Below the pieces are notes generated by a model, which saw only the letters and a program-made list of their open reading frames with translations, was not told where the DNA came from and did not search any database. Below are positions 20,679 through 31,494 of a DNA stretch of 64,000 nucleotides, in pieces. Positions within the stretch are counted from its first letter, which is position 1; each line of letters begins with the position of its first letter. The stretch is from positions 64,001 to 128,000 of the IMG/VR virus record IMGVR_UViG_3300044609_000960; one strand, given 5' to 3'. This stretch comes from a virus. The translations under genes were made by a program, and so were the position numbers.

Positions 20679-23600
20679 ATGGCAAACAAAAAGACTATTA
20701 TCGGAAAAACAGCTCCGGTGCCTCTTGGCCAACAAAAAGCTGTTAACTCTCTCCCTGTTGTTTTTGCTGAGGACCAGCCACCGATCCCTGTAGAAGAGCA
20801 GAATAAAATTCAATCAGAAGTTGCCCTAAGCCTTCTTGGTATTCCTAGAGCTGAAGTTGCTCTTGGTATTTTTGCTGACGTAAACACTTATGATATCAAC
20901 CCATCAGAGTGGTCTCAATTCCCTATTGAAAATGAGATTGATGGAGATGGAAATACAGTAACAGGTTTAAATCACCTAGCAAAGGAAGCCGGTGCTGAGC
21001 TAGTCGCTGAGACCGGACGTACCACCGTCTTAACCTCTAAACGTTTCTTCCGTTACCAACCTGGTCGTGTGTCTTCTTCCACCATGGGTGTGAAGATGAA
21101 TAAGACCGCCTCGACATACGATTCATCAACCCCCAACCGGGATATTATGAAAGGAGCCCCCTCTATCAAAAAGTGGGGAATCTTTGATAAATTCGATGGA
21201 TACTACTTCGAGATTGTTAATGGTGGGGATAAAAATGACTTCCGTTGTGTAAGACGTACACAAGCCCTTGTATATACTCAACCAGCCGGTGTGGAAACTA
21301 CCGGTGATGGATGGAATAAAATTGCCACTGCTGCTACTGGAACAAGTAATATTAAAGCTGGTAACTGGGGTGTTGTTGGAGAAGATCCAGTAATTTTTAG
21401 AAATGGCCTGGCGTATGTTGCTGCCGCTGTCTATGACCCCAGCCTCTGCTATAGCCCGGATGATGTTCTTGCTGTTGAGAACGGCGCCGATCTTAACGAT
21501 TATGAATTTGAAGAGGGATACGCTGTAAGACTTGCTTATAGAAACGCTGCAAACAACTTTGTTGAGCATCTCGCAGGTCGCCAATTCCAATTCCCATTTG
21601 ACCAGAAGGACATTGATAAAGCTAGCGCTGACTATCTTAACTGGAAGCAGAATGATCTTTTCCTTAAGCCAGCTTCTGAATACATCCGTCTTGACGCCCA
21701 CTGCAAATGGCAGGATATTGTCACTAATTTAAGTCGTGGTGGTGGGGCCACATTTAGCCCAGAAATCGGCATCTCTGGTGATTCGATCCTTGCTAATACT
21801 ACCGATGCTAGATTCGGGTTTGATACTGATCCTTCTGAGACTAATAGCGGGGTAAAGATTTGGAATTTACTTGTTAGCACCCAAGGTGCCACTCAAGTTA
21901 CTCAAACTCAATTTAGAAATAGATTTGGTGTAGATTCTCATCGTTCTTCGGCTAAAGAATACGATCCTGCATCTGAAATTTCTGATGCTGGTAAGAAAAA
22001 TATCACTCTTAAGGAATGGTTCCATCTTTGTGTACCTAAGCAATATCGTCTGGTATATGAATGGAGACCAGTTAGAGCTATGTTCTCTGGCGACCATCTT
22101 AATGGACAAAATAATGCCGTCCGTTGGAGCGATGTATCAACAGCCAACGTAGATCCTACAGATATCTCTGTTAAGCGCCCTGGGGATCCAGTCATCCTTG
22201 ATGGAGCAGTGCTTACTGACCAATCTGTATATGATATTGACTTCACTAAGGTAACCATGTGGAAGATTGAATTCTCATGGTATGGTGCTGTTGGTGCTTT
22301 ATTCCTCTGTTATGTCCCAGTTGCTAACGGTGAGGCTAGATGGGTAAGAGTCCATCACATGAGGGCATCTAACCAACTTGATGTTGCATCACTTGGTAAT
22401 GCTACTCTGCCAATCACCTACATGACGCATGGAGGTAAGGCAAATAATTTACAAGAAGGTAACAGACTAGTTAAATACGGTGCTTCATATTACATCGATG
22501 GTGGAGATAAAGGTACTGTAAGACTTCTATCCAAGGCCTCTGATTATCCTAAGAGTTCAAAATATGGTGCATTAAATGCAACTGTTGCTACGGTACCGGT
22601 ATCCAACTCTTTTGAGATTACATTTAACCAGGCTCTTCGCGATCAACTGATTGGCTCATATCTAAAAACAGATACTACCACGAAGGTTATCTGGGTTGAG
22701 AACAGCGTTACCGCCGGTCGTGTAGTTCTCTACTTTAATAGAAATGTCTCTGGATTCTTGGCGTTAAATAATACCATAGAGTTAATTGTTCCACGTAGAC
22801 AGAGAGCTATGATGGCTTTAAGGGCTAAGGATAATGTCATTAACACATCTGGCGTCGGAGTAAGAAACCGTATCCAACTCTATCCAATAAAATATAGCCT
22901 TGGATTAACTGATTTCTCTGGAGAAGATAATATTGTATCTATTAACTTTATTAAAAATCCACTGTTAATTACAAATAACCTAAATAATACTGGATTAGCT
23001 GCTACGGTCGACACCCCCATTTATACTAATTCTTCCGAGGCAAGTAAAGGATTCGAACTTGGTTCAGGAACCGTACCCAAGAAGATTTTATCAGGTACAA
23101 ATATTTCTTCTGGAAACTATTCCACACTAATAGGAACCCTTAACGCCGATGGGAAGTACTTCTATGCCTATATGCGTTCTAAGCCCACCAATGACGTTGG
23201 AAGCGGATTCCCAACCACGCCGGGCACGGATGAAGGAGAGATGCTTGTAAGGTTCTTTAATAAAGGCGGAGTTATTTACATTCAAAACTATGAGGCCCAG
23301 GCCACTGACATCAGTGTATTTGGCAACCTCATGTTTGTGAAGATGTATACCTTTGATACTGAGGGTAATATTACGGCCTTAACAGGAACAATTGGCTCCT
23401 CGGCATCTAACGGAAATCATAATAAGTACGAGAATCAGAAGAAATGGGATGCTTCTGAAATAGGAACATGGGAGTCTATTGCTTCCCTTTCCGGCGCGAA
23501 GATTTCCCAAGACTTCCGTCTTGCCCCAGTTGCGAATACAGGTAACAATATCTTCTCAATCTACGCTAATAAGGGTGGGGCTCAGTACGATCTGACAGAT

Positions 23601-23753
23601 TACTTCTCATATAATAAGGAATATATCTCTTTCCCACTTACAAATGAAGTAGATATTTTAGGAGTCTATGCTTTCTGGGAATCAACTTCCTCCGCCACGC
23701 CACCAACGACTTCCGTTGATATCGTCAATTCATTAACTTGGGAGGAGCAGTGA
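20679..23753 (+). CDS. Large virion structural protein, RYQPG family, paralogue 1
   Basis: SKRFFRYQPGR, KIEFSWYGAVG and KYGASYYIDGG motifs; ends in WEEQ. Confidence 0.7.
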   Translation: MANKKTIIGKTAPVPLGQQKAVNSLPVVFAEDQPPIPVEEQNKIQSEVALSLLGIPRAEVALGIFADVNTYDINPSEWSQFPIENEIDGDGNTVTGLNHLAKEAGAELVAETGRTTVLTSKRFFRYQPGRVSSSTMGVKMNKTASTYDSSTPNRDIMKGAPSIKKWGIFDKFDGYYFEIVNGGDKNDFRCVRRTQALVYTQPAGVETTGDGWNKIATAATGTSNIKAGNWGVVGEDPVIFRNGLAYVAAAVYDPSLCYSPDDVLAVENGADLNDYEFEEGYAVRLAYRNAANNFVEHLAGRQFQFPFDQKDIDKASADYLNWKQNDLFLKPASEYIRLDAHCKWQDIVTNLSRGGGATFSPEIGISGDSILANTTDARFGFDTDPSETNSGVKIWNLLVSTQGATQVTQTQFRNRFGVDSHRSSAKEYDPASEISDAGKKNITLKEWFHLCVPKQYRLVYEWRPVRAMFSGDHLNGQNNAVRWSDVSTANVDPTDISVKRPGDPVILDGAVLTDQSVYDIDFTKVTMWKIEFSWYGAVGALFLCYVPVANGEARWVRVHHMRASNQLDVASLGNATLPITYMTHGGKANNLQEGNRLVKYGASYYIDGGDKGTVRLLSKASDYPKSSKYGALNATVATVPVSNSFEITFNQALRDQLIGSYLKTDTTTKVIWVENSVTAGRVVLYFNRNVSGFLALNNTIELIVPRRQRAMMALRAKDNVINTSGVGVRNRIQLYPIKYSLGLTDFSGEDNIVSINFIKNPLLITNNLNNTGLAATVDTPIYTNSSEASKGFELGSGTVPKKILSGTNISSGNYSTLIGTLNADGKYFYAYMRSKPTNDVGSGFPTTPGTDEGEMLVRFFNKGGVIYIQNYEAQATDISVFGNLMFVKMYTFDTEGNITALTGTIGSSASNGNHNKYENQKKWDASEIGTWESIASLSGAKISQDFRLAPVANTGNNIFSIYANKGGAQYDLTDYFSYNKEYISFPLTNEVDILGVYAFWESTSSATPPTTSVDIVNSLTWEEQ

Positions 23754-23754
23754 T

Positions 23755-26700
23755 ATGCCAGAGTATACTTCCGGTTCTTCAATAAGGGCGGAAAGAACTC
23801 CGCCAAGAAAGTCTGTCTCAAAAAAACAAATGGTGGATTTTAGGGGATTTCCCCTATCCACCGAGGAAGGAAACCCTTTAACTACTAGTAAAGAATCGTA
23901 TCCTAAAGCCGAGTATGGAGCAGATAATGCTCCCTCGGTTGTACTTAATAGTGATTCTTATCTAAAAGACGGGATTAGTTCAGCAAACCAATTTAGCAAG
24001 AGGAATCCAGCTGCTCTTCCCATGATCGAGCAGTTTGCAGATACTTCAGAAGTTAGTCGTTCTCTATTAGGAATTAATCGTGAGACTACTCAACAGGGAC
24101 TTTTTGGGAACGTAAGTACCTATGGCCTTGATGAGAAAGACTGGAGGGTAGATGGAACTCCGAATAGAGATCCATATTTCTGGTACTCTAGACCCTCTTC
24201 CTCTGGACCTTATTTTGAAACAAAATTTGAAGAGGACACAAAAAATTCTGCATTAGCTATCTCTGTATATCCGTCACCTTTTACCCCACCAGGCAAACCA
24301 TCTCTCCAAGACCAACTAATAAACCCAGGTGGTGCGGAGAGATATAGAGGATGGGGACAATATCTCAACTCTATCATTGCTCAATATCTTATTGAGTATA
24401 TGGTAAAGAATTTTACAGAAGATCAACTTGCTGAGTTTAATCTTTTATACCTTCTCAATAAATACCCTCCTAATATCCTACCCGATGGTTCTTATGAGTT
24501 CAATCAACTCTATTGGGATAAAATTTGGTTAGATATTCAACAAACAAGATTTGGTGCTGTATCAGACTATCCACTGATTCCATCCGGCCGTGCAATAAAT
24601 TTTGTTCCAACTTCTACAGAATCATTACTTCTCACACCGTTTAAAAGCGCTGATTTATGGGGTGAAGATGGAGATGATCGAGTTATCATCCCTCAGGCAG
24701 ATGCAGCTGTTCCGAACACCTTAAGTTGCTCATGGGATAGTTTCTTATTTAGTACGACAAGAGTATATTACCCAGAAGGTAGTTCAGAAGATAAAGGCCA
24801 TTATCGGATCAAAACCAATCCTACCCCAGAACTTTGGAGTAAGTATTTTGGTCTAAATTGGGAATATTTACGTCAAGATCTTAAGGACTGGAGCTTTACA
24901 ATTCATAACTCGTCCTCCACTGTAACTCAGGTAGAGAAAGATCTTAAACTTCCGCATTTTATTCTTGATTCTCCTATCGAAGCAAATCCAAATAATATCT
25001 TCAGTTCTACGTGGCCGAATCAACAGTTCGGAGAGGCAATCAACCTACCTACTACAGAAAATAAGATAGGCGGTTCAGCTGGTGTAAGTTCAGAGATTAC
25101 AATCAAATCTATTAGGGCCTTTAGATACCAACCTGGACGGATTAGTGGATTTACCTACGGTTCCAAAGCATCTGAAATCGGTGCTGGTCCTGGTACCACT
25201 ATCGAGTGGGGAATAGAAAATGATACTGATGGTTACTTCTTTAGACTCCGTGATGGCGCTGATTTCACAATCGTTCGCCGATCAATCATCCCTCTTGAAG
25301 AAACTGATTTCCTAGCCGATTCTGGATACGCTGAAAATACCCGTGAGATTTTTTATAATGGTCGTAGACAATATGAGACCATTATAGAACAAAAAAATAT
25401 GAATGGTGATCCTCTCAATGGCGAGGGGGAAAGTGGATATATTCTCAATCCAGATACTGTCACCATGTATAAGATTGAGTTTGGTTGGTATGGTGCTATT
25501 GGCGCTAAGTTTTATGCATATATTCCAGAAGAAAATGGAGAATGTCGTTGGGTATCATTACACACTCTAGTCATTGAAAACCAACTTGGACAACCATGTT
25601 TAGGCGATCCTTTCTTCTATTTTAGATATAGACTAACAGTATCTGACTCATCAACGATTAGATTGGATCAGTACCTTTATAAGTTTGGCGCATCATACTA
25701 TATTGATGGTTATGACAAAGGTACTCTATATTCATCATACGCAAAGTCTAAAAAACGTGATTTAGTTGATCCCAAGTTTTCTGTCTCTAAGACATATCTC
25801 AACGCGATTGATTGGACAGTACTCATGGGAGTAAAACCAAAGCAGTATCTATATAATAGATATGGTAGCGAAATATACAATAAAAAAGAAATTTTCCCTA
25901 AGAGCTTTTCTATCTTCTCTCAAGAAGATTGTGAGATAAAAATCATTCGTCAAGAAGCTTGTCCAGAATTTGCTTATACTCACCAAGAAGGATATACGTG
26001 GGCCTTATTACCAGAAAACCGTAGAATGAGGGCAAAATTTAGTGTTAATAATTTTAATATTAATGAGTCGTCCTTAGGTATTACATTACAAGACGCAACT
26101 TCTCATACAGCGACATTAGCCTATGCTGGATCGCTGGAAGGAGATTGGAGATCACCTACTAATTCGCAAAATTATTCGGTCATAGGATCAGAGTCAATTA
26201 GAGTAGTGGGTGATGATTTATTCCAACTTGTAATGACGCAGAAAAACCTCGCTGGGGTTAATAGCGTATTTAAATTAAAAAGAGTAGAAAATGGTGGATA
26301 TTTATCTTCTAGAAATAGTGATCTTGAATCGGACAATGTCTATTTACCATTTACCTATGCTCAAGTAGGCGAATATACTTCTGGATATGAAGTAGAATTT
26401 GACTATTATCGCCGGGATCAAATTCTTTTATCATCAGTAAATATTATCTCTGATGAGTTTTTTATTTTCTGGACCGGAGGTAGTCGTGAAGGAATAGACT
26501 CCACTCATGCTTCAACGGTTAGATTTGGATTTTCTTGGCCCGATGTATCAAACTCATCAAGTCTTATCCATGTAAACAGAGATGTTAATTCTTGGGGTGT
26601 AGAGCTTCCAAGTGATGATCTAGATGGCCTAGGAGATGACCATGTTAAATACGACAATGAGAAATTCTATGAAGGTCTCCCTGTTGATCTTATAAAGGAC

Positions 26701-27834
26701 TATCCAAGTAACACTCTATATGTAGAGACTAATACTGACCTACATATTAATACATACAATCTTGAAATTGAAGAATATGATATTCTTAGCGAATTTTGGG
26801 ATTTAGGAGATGATAGATTAGCAGTACCTGGAGTGGAAGGTGGAGAATGCAATGGACTTGGTTGTAAAGCAGGTCGGGAAATAAGAGATGCTGAGATTGT
26901 AAAATATAATGAAGAACTAGGAGATGGAAACTTTGCCGATATCTTCTACCTACAAAGTACCTCTCCATGGCCTTCCTTGGGCCAAGCATATTCAATAACT
27001 ATTGACCAAGGAAATAATAGTATTACAAGACAAGTAAATAACCCAATTACAAAAGTTGTCGGAGAAGCTATAGTTTATTTATTACCTTTGGGAACTTCTT
27101 TACCATCTCCTCTAGTAGAAGGAGACGCCGAAGCCTCCTATAATATTATTTATATAGCTACCATAGACAAGCAATCCAAGGTACGTTCTATTCTCGCATC
27201 AAAAATTGCACCTGGTAATATCCCATATATCAGGGTATTTATGCAAGCTAGACAAGGAGCGACTATGGGAGGAATGTGGATAGGACAAAAAACTCCAAAT
27301 GGTATTGTTCTTGATCCATTTACCCCACATCGCTCTACTGTTAATATCAAGGATGGCGGATCGGAATCTCATGGGGAAAGTTTCCCTGCTCCAAATACTA
27401 AGACTGATGGGGCTATTAAATTAATTAATACCTACACTCAGTTTGATGAGTTTGGTAAATCAACGGCACCTACTATTGATATTACAACTACGTCTTTAGA
27501 TACATATAAATCGATCCATACTAACCCTCGCAAATGTGGAAGTTTCTTATCCGCTGGTGGTACGAACGCTGCTGGTATTCTGACTCCGACTGATTATCCG
27601 ATTAGATGGTTAACATCTAAGTCCTCAGGATTACCTCTTGGAACTTTTTATGTTTCAAAAAACCAATCAGTTGAAATTTCATTAGAGGATATTTTTAATG
27701 TAGATGCTGAATCTGTTGTTAATTCAGACGATGCCAATTTGGCAACTATATTCATAGCACGTAGTTTGAATAACCACAATCCAGAAGGATCTGCAAAAGA
27801 AATCTACATGACACTTAACTACGACGAGCAATAG
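23755..27834 (+). CDS. Large virion structural protein, RYQPG family, paralogue 2
   Basis: SIRAFRYQPGR, KIEFGWYGAIG and KFGASYYIDGY motifs; ends in YDEQ. Confidence 0.7.
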   Translation: MPEYTSGSSIRAERTPPRKSVSKKQMVDFRGFPLSTEEGNPLTTSKESYPKAEYGADNAPSVVLNSDSYLKDGISSANQFSKRNPAALPMIEQFADTSEVSRSLLGINRETTQQGLFGNVSTYGLDEKDWRVDGTPNRDPYFWYSRPSSSGPYFETKFEEDTKNSALAISVYPSPFTPPGKPSLQDQLINPGGAERYRGWGQYLNSIIAQYLIEYMVKNFTEDQLAEFNLLYLLNKYPPNILPDGSYEFNQLYWDKIWLDIQQTRFGAVSDYPLIPSGRAINFVPTSTESLLLTPFKSADLWGEDGDDRVIIPQADAAVPNTLSCSWDSFLFSTTRVYYPEGSSEDKGHYRIKTNPTPELWSKYFGLNWEYLRQDLKDWSFTIHNSSSTVTQVEKDLKLPHFILDSPIEANPNNIFSSTWPNQQFGEAINLPTTENKIGGSAGVSSEITIKSIRAFRYQPGRISGFTYGSKASEIGAGPGTTIEWGIENDTDGYFFRLRDGADFTIVRRSIIPLEETDFLADSGYAENTREIFYNGRRQYETIIEQKNMNGDPLNGEGESGYILNPDTVTMYKIEFGWYGAIGAKFYAYIPEENGECRWVSLHTLVIENQLGQPCLGDPFFYFRYRLTVSDSSTIRLDQYLYKFGASYYIDGYDKGTLYSSYAKSKKRDLVDPKFSVSKTYLNAIDWTVLMGVKPKQYLYNRYGSEIYNKKEIFPKSFSIFSQEDCEIKIIRQEACPEFAYTHQEGYTWALLPENRRMRAKFSVNNFNINESSLGITLQDATSHTATLAYAGSLEGDWRSPTNSQNYSVIGSESIRVVGDDLFQLVMTQKNLAGVNSVFKLKRVENGGYLSSRNSDLESDNVYLPFTYAQVGEYTSGYEVEFDYYRRDQILLSSVNIISDEFFIFWTGGSREGIDSTHASTVRFGFSWPDVSNSSSLIHVNRDVNSWGVELPSDDLDGLGDDHVKYDNEKFYEGLPVDLIKDYPSNTLYVETNTDLHINTYNLEIEEYDILSEFWDLGDDRLAVPGVEGGECNGLGCKAGREIRDAEIVKYNEELGDGNFADIFYLQSTSPWPSLGQAYSITIDQGNNSITRQVNNPITKVVGEAIVYLLPLGTSLPSPLVEGDAEASYNIIYIATIDKQSKVRSILASKIAPGNIPYIRVFMQARQGATMGGMWIGQKTPNGIVLDPFTPHRSTVNIKDGGSESHGESFPAPNTKTDGAIKLINTYTQFDEFGKSTAPTIDITTTSLDTYKSIHTNPRKCGSFLSAGGTNAAGILTPTDYPIRWLTSKSSGLPLGTFYVSKNQSVEISLEDIFNVDAESVVNSDDANLATIFIARSLNNHNPEGSAKEIYMTLNYDEQ

Positions 27835-27844
27835 AGAACCACTC

Positions 27845-30800
27845 ATGGCAGAATTTTTAGGATTCGGACAATTAACCCGTCCAGATATTGGTTTAATTGC
27901 GGACGGGGTTCAGAACCTCGCTGAAATTTATACATCGGACCAGCCAACCGCTCTAAGGAATATTCGTCTTGCGCCGGAAGTTTTAGATATTATCTACAAC
28001 CTCTCCAAGACTATCTCTAGAGAAGATCTTAGAGCAGTAAGTGGACTTTCTTCACTATTGCTATCTACACTTGACTTACAAGATGAAACATTCGAAAGAA
28101 TTAATGATATCTTGTATGTTCAAGAGAGATACGTAAGTTCATCAAAGCAAATTGGTATTGATGCTAATCCCTCCTTACGAGGAGATCTAGTCAAAGTACC
28201 AAATATAATTGTTTATAATGGTTCTATTCAATGCCAAGGTGTCCAATATCGCACTAAAGTCTTAGGAGAAACAAGTCTTTACTCAGGTGGAGAAAATAGA
28301 CTAACCTCTGTTTCTACATCAAGAGCCAGTCTATTTAACTCTGAGAAATTTGGTGAGAATGAAGCAAATACTGGTTACTTTAAATCCGCATCCTATCCTT
28401 CTCTGATAAGAGTACGTCGTAGATCTCATCTTAATAGAATAGTAGTTAATAAATCTACATTTATCCCACGTGCTCCAGTAAAAGAAAACCCCTCCCATGA
28501 GATTTTATGTCATGTGGATAATGGAGATACTGGAACATCACAGCCATTAAAACTTCTTGCTACAAAGAACTCACCATTGAGGATCCCATGTCGTATGGCA
28601 TCGGGAAAAATTACGTTTACTTTTACTGAGACTGGAGTGTTTTTCTTTGGATATCAGGTTCAACCACTTCAATCAAGAACCCTTGGTGAAAAACCACAAT
28701 TCCTCCCATTACCTCCAAAATCACAACTTATCGCTTCAAACTCCTTCACCCTGGATATAGATATCACCACTACTGGATACCAGAATTCCTATGATCTGTA
28801 TCTATATCTATATATAAACCCTGAAAAAATTCGTTCCATAGATATTAGTGGGATAAACGTTTCAGAGTTTGTGGATGGTAAGGATATCGGATTAGTAGGA
28901 TTCAACAATCTTACTTCATTGAGGCTTTCTGGCACCTCTATTAAAATCCTGCCTATTTGGCTAAAAACTCTAAATACAAAACTTCAGGTATTAGATCTCG
29001 CCTCAGATGGCGATACGTATAGAACTGGTATTTTAAAATATTTTGATTATAGAAACGCTACAGAATCCCCCACGTCCTCCACACCGCTCTATACTGTTAC
29101 AAGTTATTTAAGTATTCCTAAAAAAGGAGCGATTATAAACGAAGAAGGGAATGGTTGGAATGATACCATATTTGAGAAATATATAAAGTCTCAAGTACCC
29201 ACATTAACAAATAGAAACGATCCTAGTGTAGTAGCAAGAACGGCTAATACAGATTTTAGAGAATTTGGCGCAATGAGAGTCCTAAACCTAGGAGATAGGT
29301 TTTTGGGAGTTAATCCACGTTTAGACGATGTATTCCCCGGCCTAACTGAACTCCTATGGAGAGGATACGTAGGTAGAGGAATTTGGCCTATCTCAGGTAC
29401 ACCACCTAAGATCAATAATAATGGCAATGTATTCAGTAGCTATAATATCCATACTAGCGGGGTAAGTGGAAATATAACAGATATTGGCACATCAATCACT
29501 ATTGGCGATAATACCATCAATGGACCAACTCATATTTCAAAATATAAAATAGATGCTATAGATGTGGCTGGGGAATATGACTATGGTCGACAAAACATCT
29601 CTGGTAGTATCGCCACTTCTAATTTTAGCGAGTGGGCAACATGGTTTACTCAAACAAAGTCAATCAATATTTCATGGAGTTATGTATCCATAGGTCTCCA
29701 GCCTACTGGATATGTATGGCAGAATCTCCAAGGACTTGGTACAGAATACTCGGGTGGTATCGTATTTACTCCAGCAGTAGGTACAGTTGCTGATCCAATT
29801 AAGGCACCAAATATCACCGGTCTTTCTGTATATGGAACATCTTCCACAGGACCAATTCCTTCATTAGGAACAGATCCAACTCAGCATACTGCAGCAATTA
29901 CCTATGTTCAGTTTGGTGGTACTGAGACAATAAGCACTGTTAGCGAGAACGGATACCCATATATCCTGCCAAGTAACTTTGCTCCTGATCGCCCATCTTC
30001 TCCCCATAGATTAACTACATTTGCTATAAATGACACGTCAAGGGTGGGAAGATTTAGGGCCAATGACTTTAAATACCTTTATGAGTTGAATAGACTTGAC
30101 CTGAGAAGATCCCCCGGGTTATGGGGTAAATTCCCTATCTTCCCTACAAGAAAGAATCCAGAAACACAAACAAAAAATATCTCTATTGATATTGCCGAAG
30201 GATGCCGATTCTCAGATCTTAGTACATTAGATATTACACCATCGAATAGATATATCGCCAGAGACCTAATCTCTTTAGATGCTTGGAATCAAAATATCGC
30301 AAGAGGCGGATGTAAATTACCCTCCCTAGAGGGCATAGGTGGTGTTGATGCTACACGTGTTGAGTATATTCATCTCGGTAACTCCCTTACCTCTACCTAT
30401 CCATCCAGCTGGACTGGTACAAATAAATCCCCCGGCTCCTATATATTCGATACAGATATCTACTCTTCCGTTTCTGGAATAACTCCTGGTCGTCAAATTA
30501 ATTCTGATGACGTTATTTATTTTATGACCGGTGCCACTGATTTTGATCGTAAGGTACTTGTTAATGATTCTATCCACTCTTCTACCACAGGAGCAGAACT
30601 TGCTAGGGTGGTTAGTGTTGAATCTAATACTATTTATCTGGATAGAGATATTCCTGGTAGTTCTTCTGGAACTTATTTCTTTAAACGTAATACCCAATCA
30701 ATCAATACATGGTTCCAGAATGGATTCACAAATCTTCTTCGCCTAAGACTTAATGGATGCCGATTAAGTGGTTCTATTAATATCAGATCTGGATTTGATA

Positions 30801-31465
30801 AAATTGTAGATGATAATTATTTAGCCTTAGATCTATCTAATAATTGCATTACAGGTTATACTGCAGGATTCAATAGAATCTTCTCAGGTGGTAATAGAAA
30901 GATAACCATCGATCTTTCATATAATAATTTTGCCACTGGTGTAGTTAGAAATATGCTCAATGAACTTCTAAATATAGAGGCCCAGAGAGTCTTTACTAAT
31001 GTAGAAATCAGACTTAATAACACTAAGTTATCAGCATCTGACACTTACATCAACTACTCCCAAGAAGAACTATTTCCTACAACGATTCAAAGCGCATCTA
31101 ACCAAACAATCTCTCTAACAAGAACAGAAAGAGTTAAGATCTATTCTGAAGTTACTACAACTGATGCTAGTGGTACAACAACCACTACCAAAGTTGTAAC
31201 CGGATCTAAAGATATAACAGTACCAGGGGCATTTATTTCCTCACTAAATGGTTATTATAAGACACAGACAAATGGCCGTCAACAGATCGTAGAAAATAGT
31301 TTAGGAGTTAGATTAAAAGGAAATAGAAACTGGAGAATTCTACTAGGATTTACCTATCAATCCCCAGATACATCGCCTACAGTAACAGGGACTACATATT
31401 CCAATCCAACAACCCGTGAGGCATCTCTGGCCGAATTAGGTTACACCCTAGCCGATCTCGCCTGA
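27845..31465 (+). CDS. Leucine-rich-repeat-containing structural protein
   Basis: LTSLRLSGTSIKILP, LQVLDLAS, LNRLDLRRSPGLWGKFP, LLRLRLNGCRLSGSI, LALDLSNNCITG. Confidence 0.7.
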   Translation: MAEFLGFGQLTRPDIGLIADGVQNLAEIYTSDQPTALRNIRLAPEVLDIIYNLSKTISREDLRAVSGLSSLLLSTLDLQDETFERINDILYVQERYVSSSKQIGIDANPSLRGDLVKVPNIIVYNGSIQCQGVQYRTKVLGETSLYSGGENRLTSVSTSRASLFNSEKFGENEANTGYFKSASYPSLIRVRRRSHLNRIVVNKSTFIPRAPVKENPSHEILCHVDNGDTGTSQPLKLLATKNSPLRIPCRMASGKITFTFTETGVFFFGYQVQPLQSRTLGEKPQFLPLPPKSQLIASNSFTLDIDITTTGYQNSYDLYLYLYINPEKIRSIDISGINVSEFVDGKDIGLVGFNNLTSLRLSGTSIKILPIWLKTLNTKLQVLDLASDGDTYRTGILKYFDYRNATESPTSSTPLYTVTSYLSIPKKGAIINEEGNGWNDTIFEKYIKSQVPTLTNRNDPSVVARTANTDFREFGAMRVLNLGDRFLGVNPRLDDVFPGLTELLWRGYVGRGIWPISGTPPKINNNGNVFSSYNIHTSGVSGNITDIGTSITIGDNTINGPTHISKYKIDAIDVAGEYDYGRQNISGSIATSNFSEWATWFTQTKSINISWSYVSIGLQPTGYVWQNLQGLGTEYSGGIVFTPAVGTVADPIKAPNITGLSVYGTSSTGPIPSLGTDPTQHTAAITYVQFGGTETISTVSENGYPYILPSNFAPDRPSSPHRLTTFAINDTSRVGRFRANDFKYLYELNRLDLRRSPGLWGKFPIFPTRKNPETQTKNISIDIAEGCRFSDLSTLDITPSNRYIARDLISLDAWNQNIARGGCKLPSLEGIGGVDATRVEYIHLGNSLTSTYPSSWTGTNKSPGSYIFDTDIYSSVSGITPGRQINSDDVIYFMTGATDFDRKVLVNDSIHSSTTGAELARVVSVESNTIYLDRDIPGSSSGTYFFKRNTQSINTWFQNGFTNLLRLRLNGCRLSGSINIRSGFDKIVDDNYLALDLSNNCITGYTAGFNRIFSGGNRKITIDLSYNNFATGVVRNMLNELLNIEAQRVFTNVEIRLNNTKLSASDTYINYSQEELFPTTIQSASNQTISLTRTERVKIYSEVTTTDASGTTTTTKVVTGSKDITVPGAFISSLNGYYKTQTNGRQQIVENSLGVRLKGNRNWRILLGFTYQSPDTSPTVTGTTYSNPTTREASLAELGYTLADLA

Positions 31466-31471
31466 TTAAAG
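31464..31471 (+). promoter_or_regulatory. Late promoter variant GATTAAAG
   Basis: Overlaps the upstream TGA; 23 nt before ATG 31495. Confidence 0.55.
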
Positions 31472-31494
31472 TTATTTAGAAATATAAGTATACC

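Noticed and set aside
21126-21701. 191-aa and the many other short ORFs nested in or antisense to long genes
   Set aside because: Fully overlapped by well-supported CDSs and lacking protein-like signatures.
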